Shown here one piece after another: positions 30,362 through 39,091 of a stretch of 49,420 bases of DNA. The notes beneath the pieces are model-generated. The model did not search any database, was not told where the DNA came from, and worked only from the letters and a program-made list of their open reading frames with translations. A program made the translations under genes and the position numbers. Source of the DNA: Bacteroidia bacterium. GTDB taxonomy: Bacteria; Bacteroidota; Bacteroidia; AKYH767-A; OLB10. Positions within the stretch are counted from its first letter, which is position 1. Each line of letters starts with the position of its first letter. The DNA is taken from NCBI GenBank assembly GCA_046160245.1, contig JBJXGU010000322.1, positions 1-49,420 on the forward strand, read 5' to 3'.

Positions 30362-32122
30362 ATGCGTAATCTAAATATATTCAAGAATAACGAAAAGTAT
30401 CATAACAGCATACCTGCTGATGACCTCATCGCACGTCAGCGCTACCGTCTGTTTAGAACCACAACCATTACTGCATCGGCTGTTATTTTTTATGCTTTTT
30501 TCCAAGCTTGGTATGTTGTCGATGTTGGAAATTTTGCGGGTATTCTTATAGGAATTCTTGGTTTAGTACTAGTAGCAAATTATTTCTACCTGCCTATTCA
30601 TAAAAATCATCGCTTGGCTTATTATGTAATCGTTTTAGGTGCATTCGCAACACTTCATATTATTTCTTACTATTCAGGAGGAATTCGAGCTTCGGCAATT
30701 ATGTATATGGCCGGACTCATGTTGTTGGGGTACATGCTACTAGGGAATACTGCTGGTAAAATCGTATTTACCCTGATCGCAATAAATATCGTTTTCTTTT
30801 GGTATGCAACAGAACATACAGATCTGATTTCTTACGCTTTAATTGGGGATACTTCAGAGTTAATAAATATTGATTATCTCACTACCTTCTTCTTAGCAAT
30901 GCTAATTCTCTCTGCTCAGATGAATTATCTGGAAAGTGGAAAAAATGTCGTGATTGAAAGAATTACGGTGCAGCGTAATGAACTGCGCGAGGCGAATAAG
31001 GAATTACATAAACTTTCTATTGTTGCTAGTAAAGCCGATAATGCAATCATTATTACGAATAGTGATGGAATTGCAGAATGGGTGAATGATGGTTTTGTTC
31101 GACTAACGGGTTTCTCTTTTGAAGATATTGTAGGGAAAAACCCGCATCTACTGTTGACAGGAAACAAATCGAATCAAGATACAATTGCTGCATTAAATCA
31201 AGCCATCATAAATCAAGAAGCATTTTCTTGTGAACTTTTAAAGTATAAGAAATCAGGTTCTCCATTTTGGACGCAAATTACAATGACTCCGATTGCCTCC
31301 GATGCCGATACCGAAACCGAAGCAAAGTATATCTATATCGAAAGTGATATCACTCCAAGAAAATTAGCGGAAGAGAAAATGAATCGCTACATGAAGAATT
31401 TGGAGAAAACAATTTCTGAACTCGACAAGTTCGCCTATGTAGTTTCTCATGACTTAAAAGCACCTCTCCGTGCTATCGGAAATTTAACAGGATGGATTGA
31501 AGAAGATATGGGTGATCGCCTCCCCGCTGACGTATTAGAGCATTTTAATACTATCAAGGGTCGTGTAGTGCGAATGGAAGGGTTAATCAATGGAATTCTG
31601 GATTATACCAAAGCAAGTAAAAACACAGGTGAACTTCAACCTTTCGAAGTAAAGGAATTGGTTCGAGATTCAATTGATCTCATCGGACCACCTGCAAATG
31701 CAGTAATTAACGTTCGTGATAATTTGCCAAACATGAAAGCCGAACGCGTAAAGCTTCAGCAAGTATTTTTAAACCTTATCCATAACTCCATTAAGTATAA
31801 CGACAAGGAAGATATTCAAGTTGAAATAGGTTGTGAAGATCTTGGTAACGATTGGAAGTTTTTTGTGAAGGATAATGGACCTGGAATCGAACCACGTTAT
31901 CATGAAAAGATTTTTGTGATCTTTCAAACACTGAATGCTCGTGATGAAGTAGAATCTCGTGGCGTTGGATTGGCCATCGTTAAGAAGATTATCGAAGAAG
32001 AAGGTGGTAAGATTTGGGTAGAATCTGAAAAAGGAAAAGGAGCCACCTTCTATTTTAATTGGCCTAAAGTAAAAAAGGCAAGTATGGAAGAGTCTTTGCT
32101 TGCAGAAGATTTCATGTCTTGA
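30362..32122 (+). CDS. Membrane sensor histidine kinase: about six N-terminal TM segments, PAS, HisKA, HATPase_c
   Basis: 586 aa. Six hydrophobic segments within residues about 33-188. PAS (IIITNSDGIAEWVNDGFVRLTGF). H-box FAYVVSHDLKAPLR. N, G1 and G2 boxes (DNGPGI, GVGLAIVKK). Confidence 0.9.
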   Translation: MRNLNIFKNNEKYHNSIPADDLIARQRYRLFRTTTITASAVIFYAFFQAWYVVDVGNFAGILIGILGLVLVANYFYLPIHKNHRLAYYVIVLGAFATLHIISYYSGGIRASAIMYMAGLMLLGYMLLGNTAGKIVFTLIAINIVFFWYATEHTDLISYALIGDTSELINIDYLTTFFLAMLILSAQMNYLESGKNVVIERITVQRNELREANKELHKLSIVASKADNAIIITNSDGIAEWVNDGFVRLTGFSFEDIVGKNPHLLLTGNKSNQDTIAALNQAIINQEAFSCELLKYKKSGSPFWTQITMTPIASDADTETEAKYIYIESDITPRKLAEEKMNRYMKNLEKTISELDKFAYVVSHDLKAPLRAIGNLTGWIEEDMGDRLPADVLEHFNTIKGRVVRMEGLINGILDYTKASKNTGELQPFEVKELVRDSIDLIGPPANAVINVRDNLPNMKAERVKLQQVFLNLIHNSIKYNDKEDIQVEIGCEDLGNDWKFFVKDNGPGIEPRYHEKIFVIFQTLNARDEVESRGVGLAIVKKIIEEEGGKIWVESEKGKGATFYFNWPKVKKASMEESLLAEDFMS

Positions 32123-32165
32123 AACACTTTTTCAACTTCGGCGTAAAAGGACTAAAACCACAACC

Positions 32166-32453
32166 ATGAAAACAAATTCTGAAGTTCAAATAAAGCAAGA
32201 TCTCGATCGTTGCATCACTCAAATGAAAAATTTGTTGCAACAGTTAGAGCCGGCACAACGCTTAACATTTGTGAATGAATTAATGGTGCGATTAATCCCA
32301 AGTCGAAATAAAGCAACTTCATCCAGCGATAAAATTAACGCTAAAATGAATAAGCAAGATTCAGGATTGACGAAAACACAAATGCACTTGATAAAAAAAG
32401 CATCAGATGATACGGATCGCCTTTTCGATTTTGATGGTGATCACAGAGCGTAA
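32166..32453 (+). CDS. Small hypothetical helical protein (95 aa)
   Basis: ORF from the ATG at 32166, 43 nt after the kinase stop. The track's start at 32100 overlaps the kinase. No family recognised. Confidence 0.35.
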   Translation: MKTNSEVQIKQDLDRCITQMKNLLQQLEPAQRLTFVNELMVRLIPSRNKATSSSDKINAKMNKQDSGLTKTQMHLIKKASDDTDRLFDFDGDHRA

Positions 32454-32457
32454 TTAA

Positions 32458-33213
32458 TTAAACTATTTCTTTTATCTTTTCCAAGTATACGTTTAGTCCT
32501 TCACGGGCTTTGTCGTCTATTTTATAAAGTATTCTATGTTGCAAGTATTGCGAAATATTAAATTCAGGATATTCTTTTGCTAATGATGGAAAGAGTTCTT
32601 CTCGATGGGTTACTCCATAATGAAAGGAAGATTCTAACTTTTGAATGATGTGCTCATCCATCAATTTATTGCTAACCCAAGCAGCAAAGACAAAAGGAAG
32701 CCCCGTGAGTTCTTTCCAGCATTCAGCTAAGTCATAACAATAGTTAAACATAGTTTTGAATTTCAAAGCCCGATCGCCGATAATGACAGCAGCGGTAAAT
32801 TCTTCCTCTTGTAAAATTGAACTTCCTATATCTTCTTGGGTCCATTCAGGGTGTATGTTCCATAATTCTTTTGCCAAAATTTTTGCCAATAATACAGAGG
32901 TTCTCGATTCTTGATCTAAAACAATTTTCTTTATTTGTGGCAAAGGAGTGTTGCTCACAAGGACCACCGAATCTACTTTTCCATCTGCGACTATTCCATA
33001 GGAAGTGATAAGATGAGCTTCTTTTAAAGATGAAATCATCGCAACTGGAATTAATCCAATGTCCGTTTGGTTGGCAATAAGTTTATTGGCACAGGAAGAT
33101 GGAATATCTTTTTCAATGATGAATTCCTCTTTCGCCAATTGATGATCCATTCCATATACGAAAGGTCGTGCATTTAAATAAGAAACAACAGATATTCGAG
33201 TTTTGTTTTGCAC
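32458..33213 (-). CDS. mqnA: Chorismate dehydratase-like menaquinone (futalosine pathway) protein MqnA
   Basis: 251 aa. RISVVSYLNARPFVYG N-terminus and a periplasmic-binding-protein-like fold, typical of MqnA/DUF178. Confidence 0.75.
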   Translation of the reverse strand: MQNKTRISVVSYLNARPFVYGMDHQLAKEEFIIEKDIPSSCANKLIANQTDIGLIPVAMISSLKEAHLITSYGIVADGKVDSVVLVSNTPLPQIKKIVLDQESRTSVLLAKILAKELWNIHPEWTQEDIGSSILQEEEFTAAVIIGDRALKFKTMFNYCYDLAECWKELTGLPFVFAAWVSNKLMDEHIIQKLESSFHYGVTHREELFPSLAKEYPEFNISQYLQHRILYKIDDKAREGLNVYLEKIKEIV

Positions 33214-33219
33214 CCGTTT

Positions 33220-34281
33220 CTATTGAATTAATTTGTATACAAATTCTTTCATGTAATCCTCGTTCCCTAATGTGGAGGCGCCTACACCTTTTGATTTTAA
33301 ATCAAATTCTCGAAGCAAACTGATATTTTTTTCTACATGTTCAGGACTGTAGTTTTTCCCAGCCGTAAAATAATCATCTACAAAGAATGGATTTACCTTT
33401 AATGCGACCGCGACTGCATTTCTGGATTTGTCACTCAACGAATGAAATAAAAGTATTTTAGTGAAATAGGTATAGAGCATCGCCATCGTTACTTGTATGG
33501 GATTGTTTTTGGGATTGGCCGTAAAATAATTTGCAATTTGAATGCAAGCAAAAACATCTCTTCTGCCTAATGCTTTTTGTAATTCAAAAATATTAAACTC
33601 CTTACTGACTCCAATGTAAAGTTCGATATGCTGAACATCAATGGTCTCTTTTGATTTAATATTAATGAGTAATTTATCACATTCATTGGCAATCCTCGAT
33701 AAGTCATTTCCTAGGTGCTCCGCCATAAGTTGCGAAGCCTTCGGCGTGATTTTTGAATTCTTTTCTGCTAAATAGTTTTCTATCCATTTTGGAAGTTTGT
33801 CGTCGTACATTTTCTTCGACTCAAAAACAACTCCGTTTTTTTCAATGGCTTTGTACAATTTACCTCGCTTGTCGAGGCCCTTATACTTCATGGCTAAAAC
33901 CAATAGCGTGGAAGAAAGTGGATTCGACAAATAGTTTAAAAGGGGAACACTATCGTTTTTTTCTTCTACGCCTTCTTCATTTTTACTTTTCGATTTGGGA
34001 AGGAGTGCTTTTATCTCTTGTGCTTCTTTGATGATGACCACCTGATAATTGGACATCATGGGATATCGTTTGGCTGCACTGATCAAACTTAATATTTCAC
34101 AGTCTTTGCCATAAAGTACAGTTTGATTAAATTCTTTTTCCATGTCATCAAGCACGGAATTTTCAAGCATCTCAGTAACCGCATCTATATAATAAGGCTC
34201 ATCTCCTTGTAATAAATAGACAGGATGGTAGATTTTATTTTTTAAATCTCTTTTTATTTCATCAATTGTCTTCTGCGCCAT
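33220..34281 (-). CDS. holA: DNA polymerase III delta subunit
   Basis: 353 aa. N-terminal YLLQGDEPYYID, plus the typical length and helical C-terminal domain. Confidence 0.8.
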   Translation of the reverse strand: MAQKTIDEIKRDLKNKIYHPVYLLQGDEPYYIDAVTEMLENSVLDDMEKEFNQTVLYGKDCEILSLISAAKRYPMMSNYQVVIIKEAQEIKALLPKSKSKNEEGVEEKNDSVPLLNYLSNPLSSTLLVLAMKYKGLDKRGKLYKAIEKNGVVFESKKMYDDKLPKWIENYLAEKNSKITPKASQLMAEHLGNDLSRIANECDKLLINIKSKETIDVQHIELYIGVSKEFNIFELQKALGRRDVFACIQIANYFTANPKNNPIQVTMAMLYTYFTKILLFHSLSDKSRNAVAVALKVNPFFVDDYFTAGKNYSPEHVEKNISLLREFDLKSKGVGASTLGNEDYMKEFVYKLIQ

Positions 34282-34298
34282 TACTCTTCAATCCTGAT

Positions 34299-35069
34299 TT
34301 AAAATTTCAAATGTTTTACAGTATTGCCATTGTTGATGATTTCATTCAATGCAGCAATCCCAATTTTGATATGATCTTCTACATAACTCTTCGTCACTTT
34401 GCTATCACTTTCCGCTGTTTTAATTCCCTCCGGAATCATTGGTTGATCCGATACTAATAATAATGCACCCGTTGAAATCTGATTCGCAAAGCCCGTAATG
34501 AAAATGGTAGCCGTCTCCATATCAATACCCATACACCTCAATTTGGTCAAGTATTTTTTGAATTCAGAATCGTGCTCCCATACTCTTCGGTTTGTGGTGT
34601 ATACCGTTCCTGTCCAATAGTCTTTTCCAAAATCCCGAATCGTTGTAGAAACTGCCTTTTGTAAACTAAAAGCGGGTAACGCAGGAATTTCAGGTGGAAA
34701 ATAGTCGTTTGATGTTCCTTCTCCGCGTATGGCCGCAATTGGTAATATCAAGTCGCCCACTTTGTTTTTCTTTTTTAAACCTCCGCATTTTCCTAAAAAC
34801 AGAACGGCCTGAGGCTTGATACTACTTAATAAATCCATGATGGTAGCGGCATTTGCACTTCCAATCCCAAAATTGATGATGGTTATTCCTTTTGCTGTAG
34901 CACAAGACATGGGTCGGTCTAAACCTACGATTTTCACTTTGTTCCATTTGGCAAATAACTCCACATAAAGTTGAAAATTAGTGAGTAAGATGTATTTCCC
35001 GAAGTTATCGAGCTTCTCACCAGTATATCTTGGAAGCCAATTTTCAACGATTTCTTTTTTGCTTTTCAT
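34299..35069 (-). CDS. amn: AMP nucleosidase (short PNP/UDP-phosphorylase-fold form)
   Basis: 256 aa. N-terminus KKEIVENWLPRYTG and the GMDMETATIF nucleoside phosphorylase motif. Confidence 0.75.
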   Translation of the reverse strand: MKSKKEIVENWLPRYTGEKLDNFGKYILLTNFQLYVELFAKWNKVKIVGLDRPMSCATAKGITIINFGIGSANAATIMDLLSSIKPQAVLFLGKCGGLKKKNKVGDLILPIAAIRGEGTSNDYFPPEIPALPAFSLQKAVSTTIRDFGKDYWTGTVYTTNRRVWEHDSEFKKYLTKLRCMGIDMETATIFITGFANQISTGALLLVSDQPMIPEGIKTAESDSKVTKSYVEDHIKIGIAALNEIINNGNTVKHLKF

Positions 35070-35121
35070 AGAATATTTTTACAAGTGGGAGTATTAATTT
35101 TATTCCTCCCTATTAGAAATG

Positions 35122-35129
35122 TAATTTTG
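35122..35129 (+). promoter_or_regulatory. Candidate -7 box TAATTTTG only 4 nt before the ATG
   Basis: Perfect TAnnTTTG ends at 35129 and the start codon is at 35134. This implies a leaderless or near-leaderless mRNA. Confidence 0.4.
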
Positions 35130-35133
35130 AGCA

Positions 35134-35589
35134 ATGAATGATTCTACATTGGAACACTTGAACTTTCCAGACTTTTCTTTTCGGGTTCGTGAACAAGGGC
35201 AAAGTAAACAAATTTTTGACTCAGTGAGGAGACGATTTGTAGCCTTAACGCCTGAAGAATGGGTTCGCCAAAACTTAATTCAATTTATGGTGCAGGTTTA
35301 TCAGTATCCTTTAGCACTCATGGCAGTCGAGAAAATAGTGAAAGTGAATGGCTTGTCCCAACGTGCAGATGTGGTAATCTACGATCGCTCTGGCGCACCA
35401 TGGTTGATAGCCGAATGTAAAGCCCCTTCAGTAAAGATTTCCCAAGAAACTTTTTTACAAGCCGCCCGCTATAATTTTTCACTTCAAGTAGCTCATGTGC
35501 TTCTAACCAATGGAAATGAGCATTATTGTTTGAAAAGATCAGCAGATCAATTTGAATTCATGGAGTCATTGCCTGAGTTTGAGTCATAA
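35134..35589 (+). CDS. HsdR N-terminal-domain (PD-(D/E)xK-like) protein
   Basis: 151 aa. RADVVIYDRSGAPWLIAECK matches a restriction-endonuclease-like D...E.K core. Confidence 0.65.
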   Translation: MNDSTLEHLNFPDFSFRVREQGQSKQIFDSVRRRFVALTPEEWVRQNLIQFMVQVYQYPLALMAVEKIVKVNGLSQRADVVIYDRSGAPWLIAECKAPSVKISQETFLQAARYNFSLQVAHVLLTNGNEHYCLKRSADQFEFMESLPEFES

Positions 35590-35640
35590 GGATTATGGAC
35601 ATAATTTAATGGATGATCTAGTGCATACTAAGGCATTTGT

Positions 35641-35648
35641 TATCTTTG
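35641..35648 (+). promoter_or_regulatory. Candidate -7 box TATCTTTG for rmuC
   Basis: Perfect TAnnTTTG 4-7 nt upstream of the tandem ATGs at 35653 and 35656. Confidence 0.4.
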
Positions 35649-35652
35649 TTTG

Positions 35653-37032
35653 ATGATGGATTTAATGTACTTAGTAGTAGGAATCGTTGTGGGAGCATTG
35701 ATTTCTTACCTCTTTTTGAAGATGCGTTCAAAGGATGATTCGAATAACGCTGCTACTTTGACCATGAATGTGGAAAGGGAAAAGGCTGTTTTACTCCAAC
35801 AAGTAGAAGATTTGCGTGGTCAAGTGGGCAAGTCCGATCAATTAAGTCATACGGTGCAAAATGAAATGAAAGAGTTAAATGCATCTAAAGTGAAAGCAGA
35901 AACGATTGCACAGGCTTTAGAAGCTCGACTCACGGAGCATAAGAATGAATTGGAAACAATTCGTGTGCAAATGAAAGAGCAGTTTAGTGCCATTGCTTCC
36001 GATATTGTTTTGAAAAATTCACAGCGTATTCAAGAAGATCATAAAACCAAGTTGGATGATATTTTAAATCCATTAAAAGACAAAATTGAAAAATTTGAAA
36101 CGCAAGTACGTACCTCTCACGAAGAACGTATTAAAGAAAATCAATCGCTGAAGGAACAATTGAATCAATTGCAAACGATGAATAAGTCGATTGGTGATGA
36201 AGCTCGTAATTTAGTTTCTGCATTGAAAGGTCAAGCGAAAACGCAAGGGAATTGGGGCGAAATGATTTTAGAAAAAATACTAGAACGTTCGGGATTGGTG
36301 AAAGGACGTGAGTATTTTGTTCAAACAAGTCTCCAGTCTGATGAAGGAAAACGTTTTCAACCCGATGTAATTATCAGTCTGCCGGAAGGAAGAAGTATTG
36401 TGGTAGATGCTAAAGTTTCTTTGATCGCGTACGAGCGTTACGCAAATGAAGAAGATGATATAGCAAAAGCATTAGCTTTAAGAGAGCATTTGAGTTCGGT
36501 GCGTAAACATATTAAAGATTTGGGCGCAAAGAATTATCAATCTTTGCATGGTATTAATACATTAGATTTTGTGTTGCTCTTTATTCCTGTGGAACCCGCT
36601 TTCGCATTGGCCATTGAACAAGATCATGAGTTGTTTAACGAAGCATTTGAAAAGAACATAGTACTGGTAACAACTTCCACCTTGTTAGCAACCTTGCGAA
36701 CTATAGCGAGTATTTGGAGATTGGAATATCAGAATAAGAATGCTGTAGAAATTGCTCGTCAATCGGGCGACTTGTATGATAAGTTTTCGGCTTTGATTGA
36801 AGATATGATTTCAATAGGTAAGAAAATGAAGGATGCTCAGTCTGCTTACGAAGGCACCATGAATAAACTACATACCGGGAATGGAAATCTGATTTCTAGA
36901 GTGGAAAGATTGAAAAAGTTAGGCGTAAAAACTACCAAGCAAATTAACCAAAGCTTGATCGATCGAACGGAAGATATTCAGGAGATGGAAGAAGGTAATG
37001 AAGATATAAGCGCTAATATGCAGTCGAAATAA
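35653..37032 (+). CDS. rmuC: DNA recombination protein RmuC
   Basis: N-terminal TM helix, long coiled coil, C-terminal RmuC nuclease-like domain (PDVIISLPEGRSIVVDAKVSL). Confidence 0.9.
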   Translation: MMDLMYLVVGIVVGALISYLFLKMRSKDDSNNAATLTMNVEREKAVLLQQVEDLRGQVGKSDQLSHTVQNEMKELNASKVKAETIAQALEARLTEHKNELETIRVQMKEQFSAIASDIVLKNSQRIQEDHKTKLDDILNPLKDKIEKFETQVRTSHEERIKENQSLKEQLNQLQTMNKSIGDEARNLVSALKGQAKTQGNWGEMILEKILERSGLVKGREYFVQTSLQSDEGKRFQPDVIISLPEGRSIVVDAKVSLIAYERYANEEDDIAKALALREHLSSVRKHIKDLGAKNYQSLHGINTLDFVLLFIPVEPAFALAIEQDHELFNEAFEKNIVLVTTSTLLATLRTIASIWRLEYQNKNAVEIARQSGDLYDKFSALIEDMISIGKKMKDAQSAYEGTMNKLHTGNGNLISRVERLKKLGVKTTKQINQSLIDRTEDIQEMEEGNEDISANMQSK

Positions 37033-38324
37033 TGGGATTGTCGCCTACAAATCTCACAAGTAAGCATTGTAGCATCCCTTTTTTTTATTGGATGGTTGTT
37101 GCTTTTTTTCTTTTTGCAGGTTGTAAAACATCTTCAAAACTAAGTAATGAGAATTTAACGACCCAACTATTTTATCAAGCAGAAACTTTTTCTCCAGAGG
37201 TATTGTTGTTTCATAATAGCATAGAACTATCCATACTTCATTTTTCCGTGGATGCAAAAGATTTGCTTTTTGTCAATGATGGGAAGCAGTTTTCAAGTAA
37301 GCTGTTGGTGGAATATTCAATTTTCGATTCGTATTCTACAACGTTTCCTTCCGATTCTGGATCCGTGCAGTTTGCCTATTTGTCGGAAAAAGATTTGCCT
37401 GCAATTGTAGACTCTTTTCCATTGGCGTTTTCACTAAAGGAGGGAAGTATTCTTCGCTTGAAGTTTAAGGATCTCAATAGAAGTGCAGAGTCAATACGAA
37501 ATATTGTTATTAATAGTAGAAGCAAACTGACCAATCAAAGTTTCATCGTCAAAAACAAAACAGGAGTGCTCAGTTACAATTATAAATTGTCAGGCCCTTC
37601 TTCAGTCACTCTTGAATCGAATTTCCCAGGATTAGAAGCTTTATGGGTGCGTTGTTATTATCGAGATTTTCCATTGGCCAATTTGCCATTTAGGGTGATT
37701 GATGATGAAAAATTTAGCATGTACTCTGATAGCGTCTTTCTTGTACATAAAAGTGATTTCGGAAATATAGATCTTCCGCGATTGGGTATCTATTATTTTC
37801 AGATGGATACCAATTTGTCGAGTGGCTTAACGATTACTTGCATGGATAACGATTTTCCCATGGTGACAAAACCCGAACAGCTTATTGAAGCAACGCGATA
37901 CTTAACTACCAGAAAGGAATATGCACATCTGATGAATGCAGAGAATAAAAAAGCAGAATTGGATGCGTTTTGGCTGGAAGTAGGCGGATCACCCGAAAGA
38001 GCTCGTGGATTAATTCGAGCATTTTATAATCGTGTGCAAGACGCTAATCGCGCTTTTACATCTTATATGGAAGGCTGGAAAACCGATCGAGGAATGATTT
38101 ATTTGGTGATGGGTCAACCCATTTCAATTTACCGAGATGCAGAAACAGAACAATGGACGTATTCTGGACTTACCGGTTTTCCAGATATTCTTTTCATCTT
38201 TAGAAAAATGAATAATCCGTTTTCAAATAACGATTACGCGCTCATCCGCCAACCAGTTTATGAAAATGTTTGGTACCTCGCCGTCGACCATTGGCGCCAA
38301 GGTCGTATTGTGAATGATAATTAA
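37032..38324 (+). CDS. GWxTD domain-containing lipoprotein
   Basis: 430 aa. Lipobox LFAGC. The EGWKTDRGMIYLVMGQP motif is the GWxTD signature. TAATG overlap with rmuC. Confidence 0.8.
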   Translation: MGLSPTNLTSKHCSIPFFYWMVVAFFLFAGCKTSSKLSNENLTTQLFYQAETFSPEVLLFHNSIELSILHFSVDAKDLLFVNDGKQFSSKLLVEYSIFDSYSTTFPSDSGSVQFAYLSEKDLPAIVDSFPLAFSLKEGSILRLKFKDLNRSAESIRNIVINSRSKLTNQSFIVKNKTGVLSYNYKLSGPSSVTLESNFPGLEALWVRCYYRDFPLANLPFRVIDDEKFSMYSDSVFLVHKSDFGNIDLPRLGIYYFQMDTNLSSGLTITCMDNDFPMVTKPEQLIEATRYLTTRKEYAHLMNAENKKAELDAFWLEVGGSPERARGLIRAFYNRVQDANRAFTSYMEGWKTDRGMIYLVMGQPISIYRDAETEQWTYSGLTGFPDILFIFRKMNNPFSNNDYALIRQPVYENVWYLAVDHWRQGRIVNDN

Positions 38325-38332
38325 ATTTGAGT

Positions 38333-39085
38333 ATGTATAAAGAAGAAAGTGATTTAACCATGATCTATGGTACGCGAGCAGTGATGGAAGCACTTCAAGC
38401 AGGTAAGGAATTTGAAAAGGTGTTTATTCAAAATGGGTTGAATAACCCATTAGCGCGTGAGTTAAAATCAGAATTGGAAAAAACGGGCTTGCACTTTCAG
38501 TCCGTTCCTGTCGAAAAATTAAATCGATTAACTAGAAATAATCATCAAGGTGTCATTGCATATCTATCTACTGTTTCTTATTGCAAAGTAGAGGAAATTA
38601 TTCCCGGAATTTTTGAAGCAGGGAAAATGCCGATGTTACTTATCTTGGATCGAATTACAGATACCCGAAACCTAGGAGCCATTGCACGTACCGCCGAATG
38701 TACCGGAGTCAATGCAATTATAATTCCTTCGAGAGGTTCTGCTTTGATTACTGCAGATGCTGTAAAAACAAGTGCCGGTGCTTTGCATCATATGCCTATC
38801 TGTAGGGAAGATAATTTAAAAGATACAATCGATTATTTAAAATCTTGCGGAATTAGAGTTGTGGCGTGTTCAGAAAAAGCAAACGCATTGGCTCGTGACA
38901 AGGATTTGTCTGGACCTATCGCCATTATTATGGGAAGCGAAGAGAATGGTGTCTCACCGGAGTACATTAAACGTAGCGATGATTCAGTAAAACTACCGAT
39001 GGAAGGATCCGTAGCGTCATATAATGTTTCTGTCGCAACAGGTATGGTGCTCTATGAAATAGTATGTCAACGTTTAAAAAATTGA
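38333..39085 (+). CDS. rlmB: 23S rRNA (guanosine-2'-O-)-methyltransferase RlmB (SpoU/TrmH family)
   Basis: IYGTRAVMEAL N-terminal region and the SPOUT motifs DRITDTRNLGAIARTAE, IIMGSEENGVS, SYNVSVATG. The start could instead be the ATG at 38360. Confidence 0.85.
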   Translation: MYKEESDLTMIYGTRAVMEALQAGKEFEKVFIQNGLNNPLARELKSELEKTGLHFQSVPVEKLNRLTRNNHQGVIAYLSTVSYCKVEEIIPGIFEAGKMPMLLILDRITDTRNLGAIARTAECTGVNAIIIPSRGSALITADAVKTSAGALHHMPICREDNLKDTIDYLKSCGIRVVACSEKANALARDKDLSGPIAIIMGSEENGVSPEYIKRSDDSVKLPMEGSVASYNVSVATGMVLYEIVCQRLKN

Positions 39086-39091
39086 GCAATA

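Noticed and set aside
35134-37032. HsdR N-terminal-domain protein plus RmuC as a restriction or defence island
   Set aside because: No HsdM, HsdS, full-length HsdR or other defence genes are adjacent. As far as I recall, both genes are widely conserved housekeeping neighbours in this phylum.
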